Positions 1-9,054 of a stretch of DNA of 40,108 nt are shown piece after piece. The stretch comes from a virus (taxonomy: Duplodnaviria > Caudoviricetes). A program made the position numbers and the translations under genes. The first letter of the stretch is position 1, and every line of letters begins with the position of its first letter. The stretch lies in the IMG/VR virus record IMGVR_UViG_3300043103_000273, positions 1-40,108 of that record; one strand, written 5' to 3'. The notes below the pieces were generated by a model. That model made no database searches. It was not told the origin of the DNA and was given only the letters and a program-made list of their open reading frames with translations.

Positions 1-12
1 AGTAATTCGAGC
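1..12. repeat. Terminal 12-bp direct repeat, left copy (candidate cos cohesive end or circular overlap)
   Basis: AGTAATTCGAGC at 1-12 is identical to 40097-40108 and lies about 110 bp upstream of terS. Confidence 0.9.
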
Positions 13-118
13 CTCGACATCGAGGTGGTTTTGGGCGTTTGGGTTGGGTAGTCATTGAGGTGTAGTGTGGTAGTCAGTCGTCAATTTATGATGTTTTTCG
101 GTAGTCGTTTTTGCTGTT

Positions 119-772
119 TTGAGTAGCTTTATGGCTCTGATGTCTTACCGAAAATATGCTGAGCACCGTGGCTGCGTGCTGCGTGCTGTGCAAAAGGCGA
201 TCGCTGACGGGCGCATCATCGATGCCGTAGTGCCGGTGCCTGGCCAAAAGTTTCCAAAGATCGACAGCGACAAGGCTGATTTGCTCTGGGTGCGTAATAC
301 CGATGAGACGAAGCGCTCGCTGCTGTTTTCATCAGGCCCGCAGCCCGAAGCTGAAACGAATACACCCCCGCCCGCAGCAGATACGCCGCCCGATGACGAT
401 GGCGCACCAGGCAGCGCGGATGCTGCTGGCGAAGATGAGCAAGGCAAGATTGCCTACAGGGTGCAGCGTACGGAGCGTGAGCGCATTGCGGTCGAGCTGG
501 CTCAGATGGAGCTGGATGAGCGCAAGGGGCGGGTCATCAGTGTCGACGATGCCGTCGAGCTGGCCAGCACCAGCCTGCGCATCCTGCGCGATGCGCTGCG
601 CAACATCGGCGTGCGCAACGGTGCCATGTTGGCCGAACTGAAAGACCCGCATGAGTGCGCGAAGTTGATCGATGAAGAGATTGATGCCGCGCTGGCCACA
701 GTCACTGTCGACGCAATCCTCAACCCGCAGTCTGATGATGACGATGAGGGGGTAATAAACCAAGGCGATTAA
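119..772 (+). CDS. terS: Terminase small subunit (Nu1-like)
   Basis: N-terminal HTH (MSYRKYAEHRGCVLRAVQKAI), coiled coil 'LAQMELDERKGRVI', abuts terL; the true start may be ATG 131. Confidence 0.85.
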   Translation: MSSFMALMSYRKYAEHRGCVLRAVQKAIADGRIIDAVVPVPGQKFPKIDSDKADLLWVRNTDETKRSLLFSSGPQPEAETNTPPPAADTPPDDDGAPGSADAAGEDEQGKIAYRVQRTERERIAVELAQMELDERKGRVISVDDAVELASTSLRILRDALRNIGVRNGAMLAELKDPHECAKLIDEEIDAALATVTVDAILNPQSDDDDEGVINQGD

Positions 773-2857
773 ATGAGCCCAAAGTTTAGGCTGGCGCGCG
801 CGATGGCACGCGGACTGCGGCCTGATCCAAAAATTGCAGCCGATGAATGGGCGCGTGAGAATCGCGTAATGCCGGCCGATGCGATTGAGCCTGGCCCCTA
901 CCGGCCTGAGCGTACGCCGTACATGATCGACATCATGCGCACCATGTCTGCCACCTCGAGTTTTATTGAGGGTTGGTTCATGAAGGGGACGCAGCTCGGC
1001 GGCTCAGTTGGCGGTGAGAACCTCATCGGCTCCTGGATCAGCACCGCAGCTGGCAACATCCTGGTGGCCTTTGACGGACTTGAGAATGCCAAAACGTGGG
1101 AGTTGACGCGATTCACGCCGATGCGCGACAGCTGCAAGCCGCTGCGCCGCCTGATCCGCGACTCCAACATCAAGGGCGCAGACAACACCAAGCTGCGTAA
1201 GAAATTCAGCGGCGGGATGATGCGGCTCATCGGCTCCAAGGCGATGCCGAAGTCCACCACGTATCGATACGTGAAAGTGGAAGAGCCCGACGAGATCCCC
1301 TGGGATGTCGACGGGCAGGGCAGCTTCTTTGATGGTCTGCGCGCCCGTATCCGCAACTTTGGCCGCCGTGCCAAGATGTTCGGGGACAGCTCACCCACCA
1401 TCGAAAGCGCCAGCCACATTGAGCGCGAATTCAAGCGCGGCGACCGGCGGCGCTGGCATCTGTTTTGCCCCAGCTGCGGGCATGCGCAGGTGCTGCGCTG
1501 GGAGCAAATGAAGTGGATCAGCAGCGAAGATCCTGAAGAGACCTCTGACAGCGTGCGCTATCAGTGCGAGGGCGCTGATTGCGGCGCGCTGCACACCGAA
1601 GGCGAATGGAAACTTCGCAACTATGCCCGCCGCCCGGGTATGACCGAGGCCGAATGCAAAGCGGAAGGCTTGGCCTACTGGGAGGCTACCGAAAAGGGCA
1701 CGCCAGGCGTGGCCAGCTGGCACGGTGGCAGCTTGATAGCGCCGATCGGCTGGGCACCGTGGCCTAAGCTGGTGATGGACTATCTCGACATTGGAGACGA
1801 TGAAGACAAAGCCAAGTCATTTTGTAACAACGTCAAGGGCCTGCCCTACAGCTACAAGCAAAGCAACCAGCTCAGCGCCGCCCAGCTCGACAAGCTGGCC
1901 GAGCAGTACGCCATGTGGACCTGCCCGCCCGGCGGTCTGGTCTGCCTGGCAGGCGTTGACACGCAAGACACCTGGCTGCAGTACGTGATACGCGCCTACG
2001 GGCGGGGTGAAGAAAGCTGGGGCATCGCCCGGGGCCAGCTCTACGGCGACACCTCACAGCCCGAGGTATGGCAAAAGCTGCGCGAAGTCCTGGAGGCATC
2101 CATCAAGCATGCCAGCGGCCAAGTGATGCGCGTAGATGCGGCCTTTATTGATGCGGGTGGCCACCGCACCGAGTATGTCAAAGCCTTCGCGCGGCAGGCT
2201 GCGCTAGAGGGCAAGCATTGGCTGGCCAGCTTTGGCGCCAAAGACTATCACGCGCCGCCCCTGGGCAAGCCGCGCAATGTGGATTTCAATTGGCAAGGCC
2301 GCGAAGTGCCCGGTGGTGTGACCATCCGCTACATCGGCACGCAAGCGATCAAGAACACGATCGATGCGCGCCTGCGTTTAGGCATCGCCACGGGTAAGCG
2401 CCTCCCCGGTGCTGGTGTATTTCACGTGCCAATTGATTTTGGCAGCGACTACCACAAGCAAATGCGATCTGAAAATCGCGTGCTGACAAAGCAAAAGAAA
2501 GACGGCAAGAAGCTGATGGTGTGGCAACACACCACGAATGAACGTAACGAGGACTGGGATTGCGAAGTGCTGGCCTATGCAGCTTATTTGTACGCCATGC
2601 AAGGTCGACATGCGGAATCAGTCTTCAAAGATCGTGAGCGCGTCTTTGCCATGGCGCGACAGGGCGACTTGCTCGATGCAGCAGTTGCAGAGGCCCCTAC
2701 AGCCGAAACCGTGCAGACATCTGCACAAAAACCACCCGCATCAGAGCCCAAAAAAGACTCTGATGCGCTCGTGCAGCAGTCCCTCAAAGACTTCGCACGA
2801 GTCCAAGAATTACCACCGATGAAACGCCCGCGTCGCGGGTTTGTCAATCGTTATTAA
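773..2857 (+). CDS. terL: Terminase large subunit, lambda GpA family
   Basis: 'PGPYRPERTPY', GpA-type Walker A 'MKGTQLGGS', 'SSPT' coupling motif, CPSC...C zinc motifs, nuclease 'GVDTQD', 'IDAGG', 'NEDWDCEV'. Confidence 0.95.
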   Translation: MSPKFRLARAMARGLRPDPKIAADEWARENRVMPADAIEPGPYRPERTPYMIDIMRTMSATSSFIEGWFMKGTQLGGSVGGENLIGSWISTAAGNILVAFDGLENAKTWELTRFTPMRDSCKPLRRLIRDSNIKGADNTKLRKKFSGGMMRLIGSKAMPKSTTYRYVKVEEPDEIPWDVDGQGSFFDGLRARIRNFGRRAKMFGDSSPTIESASHIEREFKRGDRRRWHLFCPSCGHAQVLRWEQMKWISSEDPEETSDSVRYQCEGADCGALHTEGEWKLRNYARRPGMTEAECKAEGLAYWEATEKGTPGVASWHGGSLIAPIGWAPWPKLVMDYLDIGDDEDKAKSFCNNVKGLPYSYKQSNQLSAAQLDKLAEQYAMWTCPPGGLVCLAGVDTQDTWLQYVIRAYGRGEESWGIARGQLYGDTSQPEVWQKLREVLEASIKHASGQVMRVDAAFIDAGGHRTEYVKAFARQAALEGKHWLASFGAKDYHAPPLGKPRNVDFNWQGREVPGGVTIRYIGTQAIKNTIDARLRLGIATGKRLPGAGVFHVPIDFGSDYHKQMRSENRVLTKQKKDGKKLMVWQHTTNERNEDWDCEVLAYAAYLYAMQGRHAESVFKDRERVFAMARQGDLLDAAVAEAPTAETVQTSAQKPPASEPKKDSDALVQQSLKDFARVQELPPMKRPRRGFVNRY

Positions 2858-2858
2858 A

Positions 2859-2927
2859 ATGACCATAACCAGAACAATCACCGAAGTCTACGTTGGCCCC
2901 GCGACTAAGACTGGGAGCTGGGCATGA
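2859..2927 (+). CDS. 22-aa micro-ORF MTITRTITEVYVGPATKTGSWA
   Basis: Starts 1 nt after the terL stop; its TGA overlaps the next ATG (ATGA). Confidence 0.4.
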   Translation: MTITRTITEVYVGPATKTGSWA

Positions 2928-5900
2928 CAGTCTCAATGAATGTGACCAGTTTGTGGGCCGGAGGGACGGTAACACCGACTGCGCCGCTGATCGAAGGCAC
3001 CGTAGCACCCAGTCTCATCCTTGCTAGGGAGGGCGGTTCTGGGTTTGATCTGAACCCCGCTCCAGCAGCCGGTCGCTACGGATGCCGTATTACTTTCCCC
3101 AGTGCGCTGGATTTTTCTTCTGATTACGTTGGATTTGGTGCGGGGTTTCAAATCTTTGACACCGCCACCAACGTCGCTACGGTCGCCAGCGGTGGATTTC
3201 GGATTGTCTGGGTTGACGGTTCGGGAAATTACGCTGGCTTTAATATCAACGGCGGGAGTATTCCGGGCTATTCGTCAGGTAACGGCGAGGGCTATATACA
3301 GTCGTTTATTACAAGAGATGGTGACTTAGCGCCAGTGTGGGCTATCCACAAAAACAGAACGCCAGATATATTGTCCGGCAGCATCTCATGGAGCAATATT
3401 ACCTCCGTAGAGATTAGTGTTTTAACGACCAGTGCGGTTCGGCGAGACATGTATTTACGGTGTGTGGTTAGAAAAGCCCCCATTCTGGTTACAGGCACTG
3501 AAACCTTTACGACCATTAACACGACAGCCTGGGCGCAGGGTGCTACGGTCATTGACCGTCAGCATTTTGCGCGGCTGAGAAGGTATTTGAATGGGCCTGT
3601 TCAAAGCGTTTTTACCAGCAAGTTAGGGCTTTCCATCGGTGATGGGTCAACCACAACGAACTTCACCGAATCCAACTTTTCGTTAGGGTTTACAAATACG
3701 TTTGACAAATCCCCTGCGTATGCAACAACAGGCCCTTTTGTACAGCTTGATAATAGTAATACCCGCCAAATACTGATAAATCAATCTGCGTCCTGCGTGC
3801 TGTCTTTGTCCGACGGCACGATCGGGTCAGCCGCGTGGTGGCAGTGGGTGTTACAAGGCAGCGGCACGGCAACACTGGCCCGTGTACAGTTTTGGCGTTA
3901 CAACCAGTTTTCGGCGGCTCACGGCACTTACACGGATTGCATTTGGGACGGCGGCGAAGCTGCCGTAGGGGTTGTGGCCGCAACTACAATCACTCGCGGA
4001 ACCGTGCGCAACGCTACTGCGGGAGGGGTGGCAATCACCGGCGCGGCGGGCAGCTATGCAACGAGTCTTGATGCCACATTTGCAAACAATGCCACTTACG
4101 ACATTGCAATGGGTAGTGGTGGTGCGGGCACTTACGTTCTGACGGGCGTAAAAGTAAACAGCGGGTATACCCTCAAACTACACAACAACAGTGCGACCAA
4201 TGCCATCACGGTAGAGATCGCGGCCGGTGTTGCAACCAGTACCACCACTGCGGGCGGCAGTATTACGATTAGTTCGCCAACGCTTGAGCGCGGCATAGCA
4301 TTTACCGGATTGGTGGCAGGTACATCCATTCAGGTGTTCACATCCGGCACACAAACTAAGCTATTCGGCGACAACTCCACAGCAGGCAGCACTTTCGCGT
4401 TTGACGATGCCACGGCAGGTACCATCACGGTGGATTACACAATCCAAAGAGTTGGTTATTTCCCGCAGCGTGTGACAGGTGTAGCGCTTACCGGGGCAGT
4501 GGGCGGGCAGTTAGATGCGCAGGTGGTGCAAGTTGCTGACCGAGCCTACAGCGCGTCTAGCGGGCTGACGTACGGAACTACGGCAATTGCGACGGTAGGC
4601 TCAAACCCAGCGACAAACCCAGGCACCAAGACATTCCAGTTGACCACGCCCAGCACTGTGCAGAACTGGTATTCATTTTGGGTTGAGCAATGGATTGATT
4701 TGGGCAATGCAACAGGCGAGGCGCTGGCCAACGTGGCATTCCCCTTGTCCCAGAATGGCCCCAACAGCTTTACATTGGGTAATGGTTGGGCTTTCAGCAA
4801 TGGCGCCACCAGCATCGCCTTCTTGTCGCGCGACGGCCTTCGCTACACCAATAGCAGCGGGGTGCTGCAAAAGGCTTGGGCGGCGATACTCACCAGCGGC
4901 GTACCCAGTGGCGCGCGAGTGCGTTATCAACAAACTGACGGAGGCACCACGGCAAGCGCGGCGGTTACTTCTGGCAACATGGACGAGCTGATACAGATTT
5001 TTGATACCGGCGTTTTTGATTATCGCGGCTACCTCGTACTCAAGGTACAGGAGATGGGTTATGACCAGGCAGAGGCAAACGCGGTCACACTGTATGGCAC
5101 GCTGGAAGACCAACTTTATGTAGTTGGTCTGGTGCCCTCTCCCAATTCGGTGGCTGTCGGAGACCCGGCGCTGGCAAACCCGCCCACTATCACCGACCAC
5201 GGCGCAAGCCCAGCCACTTGGAACAGCTTGCCCTTTAGCCTCACCATCACGGACAGCGCTGCGGGGAATAGTGGCACGGACATCATGCGCTGGCTGCGCT
5301 ACAGCTTCGAGACAGGCGGCAGTTTCCAGGGCAAAAATGCTTTTGACTGGCACGATCTGGTGCAGCAAAACGGAGATGCTTTTAGGACGGTGCGCGGGGT
5401 TGTTTACGGTGATACCGGGGCCTCGCTCAAAGGCGTGCGCGTAGTCACCAACGCAGGGGCACAGCACCCGGACTTTACCGCCCACACTGCGGACAGCGGC
5501 ACGGTCTTTGTGCCCACATTCCCCTCTTCGGCCTCTGCCACTGTGCTGACAGATACCCGCGTGCAGCTCTACAACGTCACCACCAGCACCGAGCTAAATA
5601 ATGCGTTTGTGACAGGCACAGCGTACAGCTTTGTTGTCAGCAGCGGTGTGACTGTCGGCGATACGGTACGTTTGAGGGCCTGCAAGAAAGGCCGCATAGC
5701 AGCGGAAGCTACGGCGGTATGGTCGTCTGGTGGCGTGACATTTTTACTTAGTCAGCCCGAGGACACCATTTATACAGCTTGGGGGATTGATGGGGCTACG
5801 GTGTCAGAGTACTCGCTAGACGGCATCAATCTGCAGATTGATGCAAATGACGTTGACGGCTTCACGCAAAAAGTCAGGCTTGGTGCGTATTACAGCTATG

Positions 5901-6445
5901 CCCTGACTACAGAGATCGGCATTCGGTCTTTTTACGGCGCGCTGACAGCACTTGCTGCTAGCTCATTGCGAGTCAATGTAGATGTAGTAAGCATGCAAAT
6001 TGATAACGTGAACGCTACCACTGCGCTAGTCTTCACCGATGTGAATGTACGACTGTTCCGGTCGGACGGCTCTACTATCATCGCGCCCACAAGCTACACC
6101 ATCCACAATGACTACAACGGCGAACCGTTCACAGTGGAAACGGGCGTATCAGGCTTGACGGGTTCGGAGTCGGCGCAATTGATGGCTATTCCTAGCGCGT
6201 CTACCAACGCAGACGCAGTTCGGACAGAGCTGACCACGGAATTGGGGCGCATTGACCTAGCAATAAGCACGCGCCTTGCCACAGCCAGTTATACAGCGCC
6301 GCCGAATGCGCCAGAAGTTGCGGACGCGGTACTTACGCTAGCGCAAATAACACCCATTTATTCCGAGGTACGCAGGACTAACGGGCAAAACATCATCGGA
6401 GACGGAACCAAGCCGAACAAGTTCCGGTCGAGCCTTGTGGGATGA
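2924..6445 (+). CDS. Large Gly/Thr/Ser/Ala-rich beta-strand protein, probable virion fibre or adhesin
   Basis: 1173-aa ORF within the head module; beta-rich composition; no recognisable catalytic motif. Confidence 0.75.
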   Translation: MTVSMNVTSLWAGGTVTPTAPLIEGTVAPSLILAREGGSGFDLNPAPAAGRYGCRITFPSALDFSSDYVGFGAGFQIFDTATNVATVASGGFRIVWVDGSGNYAGFNINGGSIPGYSSGNGEGYIQSFITRDGDLAPVWAIHKNRTPDILSGSISWSNITSVEISVLTTSAVRRDMYLRCVVRKAPILVTGTETFTTINTTAWAQGATVIDRQHFARLRRYLNGPVQSVFTSKLGLSIGDGSTTTNFTESNFSLGFTNTFDKSPAYATTGPFVQLDNSNTRQILINQSASCVLSLSDGTIGSAAWWQWVLQGSGTATLARVQFWRYNQFSAAHGTYTDCIWDGGEAAVGVVAATTITRGTVRNATAGGVAITGAAGSYATSLDATFANNATYDIAMGSGGAGTYVLTGVKVNSGYTLKLHNNSATNAITVEIAAGVATSTTTAGGSITISSPTLERGIAFTGLVAGTSIQVFTSGTQTKLFGDNSTAGSTFAFDDATAGTITVDYTIQRVGYFPQRVTGVALTGAVGGQLDAQVVQVADRAYSASSGLTYGTTAIATVGSNPATNPGTKTFQLTTPSTVQNWYSFWVEQWIDLGNATGEALANVAFPLSQNGPNSFTLGNGWAFSNGATSIAFLSRDGLRYTNSSGVLQKAWAAILTSGVPSGARVRYQQTDGGTTASAAVTSGNMDELIQIFDTGVFDYRGYLVLKVQEMGYDQAEANAVTLYGTLEDQLYVVGLVPSPNSVAVGDPALANPPTITDHGASPATWNSLPFSLTITDSAAGNSGTDIMRWLRYSFETGGSFQGKNAFDWHDLVQQNGDAFRTVRGVVYGDTGASLKGVRVVTNAGAQHPDFTAHTADSGTVFVPTFPSSASATVLTDTRVQLYNVTTSTELNNAFVTGTAYSFVVSSGVTVGDTVRLRACKKGRIAAEATAVWSSGGVTFLLSQPEDTIYTAWGIDGATVSEYSLDGINLQIDANDVDGFTQKVRLGAYYSYALTTEIGIRSFYGALTALAASSLRVNVDVVSMQIDNVNATTALVFTDVNVRLFRSDGSTIIAPTSYTIHNDYNGEPFTVETGVSGLTGSESAQLMAIPSASTNADAVRTELTTELGRIDLAISTRLATASYTAPPNAPEVADAVLTLAQITPIYSEVRRTNGQNIIGDGTKPNKFRSSLVG

Positions 6446-6869
6446 CCGCTCATTTTCCAGCGAATCGTTTGACCCCCGATCCTGGGCAGGGCTTGATGGC
6501 AGCAGCCTAGATTTCACGACTTTGGGCCGCACGCGCATCGGTCCGCGCGTGATGCAAGACAGCGTAGAGCGCATTGGCTTAGAGCTAATGCAAGACAGCG
6601 TAGAGCGCATTGGCTTAGAGCTAATGCAAGACAGCGTAGAGCGTATCGGCTTAAGTGTGACGCAAGACAGCGCTGATCGTATCGGTTTAGAGGTGATGCA
6701 AGACAGCGCAGAGCGTATCGGCTTAAGTGTGACGCAAGACAGCGCTGATCGTATCGGTTTAGAGGTGATGCAAGACAGCGCAGAGCGCGTCGGTACCGAC
6801 TTGCAACTATCCAGCAGCGCGCGCATTGGCACGCAGATCGGTCGCCGCTCATCTTCACGAATTGGTTAA
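6435..6869 (+). CDS. Hypothetical protein with tandem 12-aa repeats (QDSxERIGLxxx)
   Basis: Overlaps the upstream stop; repeats are in frame; aromatic N-terminus MWDDRSFSSESFDPRSW. Confidence 0.7.
   Translation: MWDDRSFSSESFDPRSWAGLDGSSLDFTTLGRTRIGPRVMQDSVERIGLELMQDSVERIGLELMQDSVERIGLSVTQDSADRIGLEVMQDSAERIGLSVTQDSADRIGLEVMQDSAERVGTDLQLSSSARIGTQIGRRSSSRIG
6554..6805 (+). repeat. 36-bp tandem repeat, about 7 copies
   Basis: GCAAGACAGCG recurs at 6554, 6590, 6626, 6662, 6698, 6734 and 6770; copies 3-6 alternate as a 72-bp higher-order unit. Confidence 0.95.
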
Positions 6870-6874
6870 CACAT

Positions 6875-7438
6875 ATGCAGCAAACACTCATTGCGGGCGA
6901 TTCGCTCAACTTTTCAACCTGCACCCCTGGCTACAGTGCAGCCGATGGCTGGCAGCTCTTATTCAGGCTGGCGCCACTCGCTGTAGGCGGTGCAGTGATC
7001 GATCTGACGACCGCGCAAGACCCGGCCGCTTTAGATCAGCATCTCTGCCAAGCGGTACCGGACACCACAGCGACCTGGGCCGCCGGTGCCTACAGCTGGG
7101 TGAGCTGGGTGGTGCGCGCGGGCGAAACTTACACCATCGACCAGGGCCCGATCACCATCAAGCCCAATCCGCGCACCATCGCTGCGGGCTATGACAGCCG
7201 CAGCCTCGCCGTGCGCACCCTGGAAGACCTGAAAACCGCCTACAGCGGGTGGACCATCTCCAAAGGCAACACCCGTCGCTATCGTATTGGCGATCGCGAG
7301 CGCGAATTCAAAAGTGCCGCCGACATCATCACCGACATCCGGTTTTGGGAGCAAGAGGTGCACCAAGAAGAGCAGGCGAAAGCCCGCGCCACAGGCCAGG
7401 CCACCGGCAACCGCTTTTACATCCGCCACACACGATGA
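6875..7438 (+). CDS. Head-tail joining protein (gpW-like C-terminus with N-terminal extension)
   Basis: 'RRYRIGDREREFKSAADI' gpW-like motif; directly before the portal with ATGA overlap. Confidence 0.7.
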   Translation: MQQTLIAGDSLNFSTCTPGYSAADGWQLLFRLAPLAVGGAVIDLTTAQDPAALDQHLCQAVPDTTATWAAGAYSWVSWVVRAGETYTIDQGPITIKPNPRTIAAGYDSRSLAVRTLEDLKTAYSGWTISKGNTRRYRIGDREREFKSAADIITDIRFWEQEVHQEEQAKARATGQATGNRFYIRHTR

Positions 7439-9054
7439 ATCCTTTAAAAACACCCGGCTCAGTCATCTTGAATGACTTCCGAGCCGCGATGGAGCTCGCC
7501 CGCGCGGGGGCATTTGCCCGCCCCATCCTGCCCCGGCGCAACTTCACCGCTGCCAACACCGACCGCATCGCCAGCGGCTGGGCCAGCGGCTCCACCGCCA
7601 TCAATTCGCTCTTGGAGAGCAGCCTAGAGATCATCCGCGAACGCTCGCGCCTGTGGACGCGTAACGACGAGCACGGCAAGCGCTTCTCCAGCCTGGTCAA
7701 AAACGGCATCGTCGGCCCGAACGGCTACACACTCAAAATGCAGGCCGGTGAGTACGTCAAAGAAAAAGGCGGCTACCGTTTCAAACTCGACGTGCTGGCC
7801 AACATGGCCATTCAAGGCGCGTGGAAAAACTTTTGCCAACGCCGCAATTGCGATGTCACCGGCGGCTACAGCTTCACCGACTTGTGCCAGCTCACCGCCA
7901 TCATGACAGCCCGCGATGGTGAGTATGTGGTGCGCGAGGTGCGCGGTGGCCGTGCAGACCCGTACCGGCTGCAAATCCTCGCCATCGATCGCCTGGGTGT
8001 GCACACCCGGCAAATGGGCGCAGGCAAAACCGATGTGCGCATGGGGGTGGAATACGACTCTGCCGGCCGCCCCGTGCGTTATCACCTGCACAGCTATTTA
8101 CCCACCGACCCCCAGGGCGGCGGCTCATCCCAGCGGGTGGAGGCCGTCGCGGCCAAAGACGTGATCCACGACTATCTGCGCATCGACCCCGAGCAGCTGC
8201 GCGGCGTGCCCTGGGCCCATGCCGTGCTGCTCAGTGCGCACCTGCTGCACGGCTTCGAAGAAAGCGCCGTACTCGCTGCCCGCACCGGCGCCAGCCACAT
8301 GGGCTTTTACCTGCAAGCCAATGACCCGCTAGCGCCCATTGTCACCACGGCGGATGTGGGCGCGAAGTCCTTGGAGGACCAGCTCATCACCGATGTGGAG
8401 CCTGGCGCTTTGGAGCTGCTGCCCAAGGGCATCACAGACTTTAAGAGCTTTGATGCCAAATACCCCAGCGAGGCCTTCGGACCCTTTGCCAACAACCGCA
8501 AACAAACCCTGGCCGCTGGCCTGGACGTGACTTATCACGGCCTCACCGGCGATATGACAAAAGTCAACTATTCGAGCGCCCGCATCGCGGAGCTGGCCGA
8601 GCGAGACAGCTGGCGCGGCCTGCAGCAGTGGCACATCGGCGGCTTTGTGCGCCGTGTGTTTGCCAATTGGCTGGAGGCCAATCTACTGGCGGGCAATATC
8701 AAAATGCCCAACGGCAGCGCGCTGCCAGTCTCCAAGCTTGACAAATTTATAGAGGGCATCGTCTTCCAAGCCCGTGGCTGGGACTGGGTCGATCCGCTCA
8801 ACGAAGCCAAAGCCTCCCAGCTCGGCGTGCAAGAAGGCTTCATTACCCGCACCCAGGTGGTCGCAGGCCGCGGTGGCGATTTTGAAGAAAACGTGCTCGA
8901 GCTCAAAGCAGAGCAAGAGCTGCTCGCTCAGCACGACGTCCAGCTCGGCGCACCGGGCATGCAAGCTGTTGGCAACTCGCCAGCGCCTGCAAAACAAGAA
9001 CCTGAAACCCCAGACCCCAAAGAACCCAAAGAACCCGAGGAGCCCGCTGAATGA
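7435..9054 (+). CDS. Portal protein, lambda family
   Basis: 'RERSR', 'QLRGVPW', 'LTGDMTKVNYSSAR', 'GWDWVDPLNEA'; start reset to ATG 7435 from the ATGA overlap. Confidence 0.95.
   Translation: MNPLKTPGSVILNDFRAAMELARAGAFARPILPRRNFTAANTDRIASGWASGSTAINSLLESSLEIIRERSRLWTRNDEHGKRFSSLVKNGIVGPNGYTLKMQAGEYVKEKGGYRFKLDVLANMAIQGAWKNFCQRRNCDVTGGYSFTDLCQLTAIMTARDGEYVVREVRGGRADPYRLQILAIDRLGVHTRQMGAGKTDVRMGVEYDSAGRPVRYHLHSYLPTDPQGGGSSQRVEAVAAKDVIHDYLRIDPEQLRGVPWAHAVLLSAHLLHGFEESAVLAARTGASHMGFYLQANDPLAPIVTTADVGAKSLEDQLITDVEPGALELLPKGITDFKSFDAKYPSEAFGPFANNRKQTLAAGLDVTYHGLTGDMTKVNYSSARIAELAERDSWRGLQQWHIGGFVRRVFANWLEANLLAGNIKMPNGSALPVSKLDKFIEGIVFQARGWDWVDPLNEAKASQLGVQEGFITRTQVVAGRGGDFEENVLELKAEQELLAQHDVQLGAPGMQAVGNSPAPAKQEPETPDPKEPKEPEEPAE

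Noticed and set aside
6554-6805. 36-bp repeats as a CRISPR array
   Set aside because: Units are contiguous with no unique spacers, stay in frame as 12-aa repeats, and there are no cas genes
7249-7434. N-terminal extension of the portal in the ORF track
   Set aside because: Overlaps the gpW-like gene; ATG 7435 has the ATGA coupling
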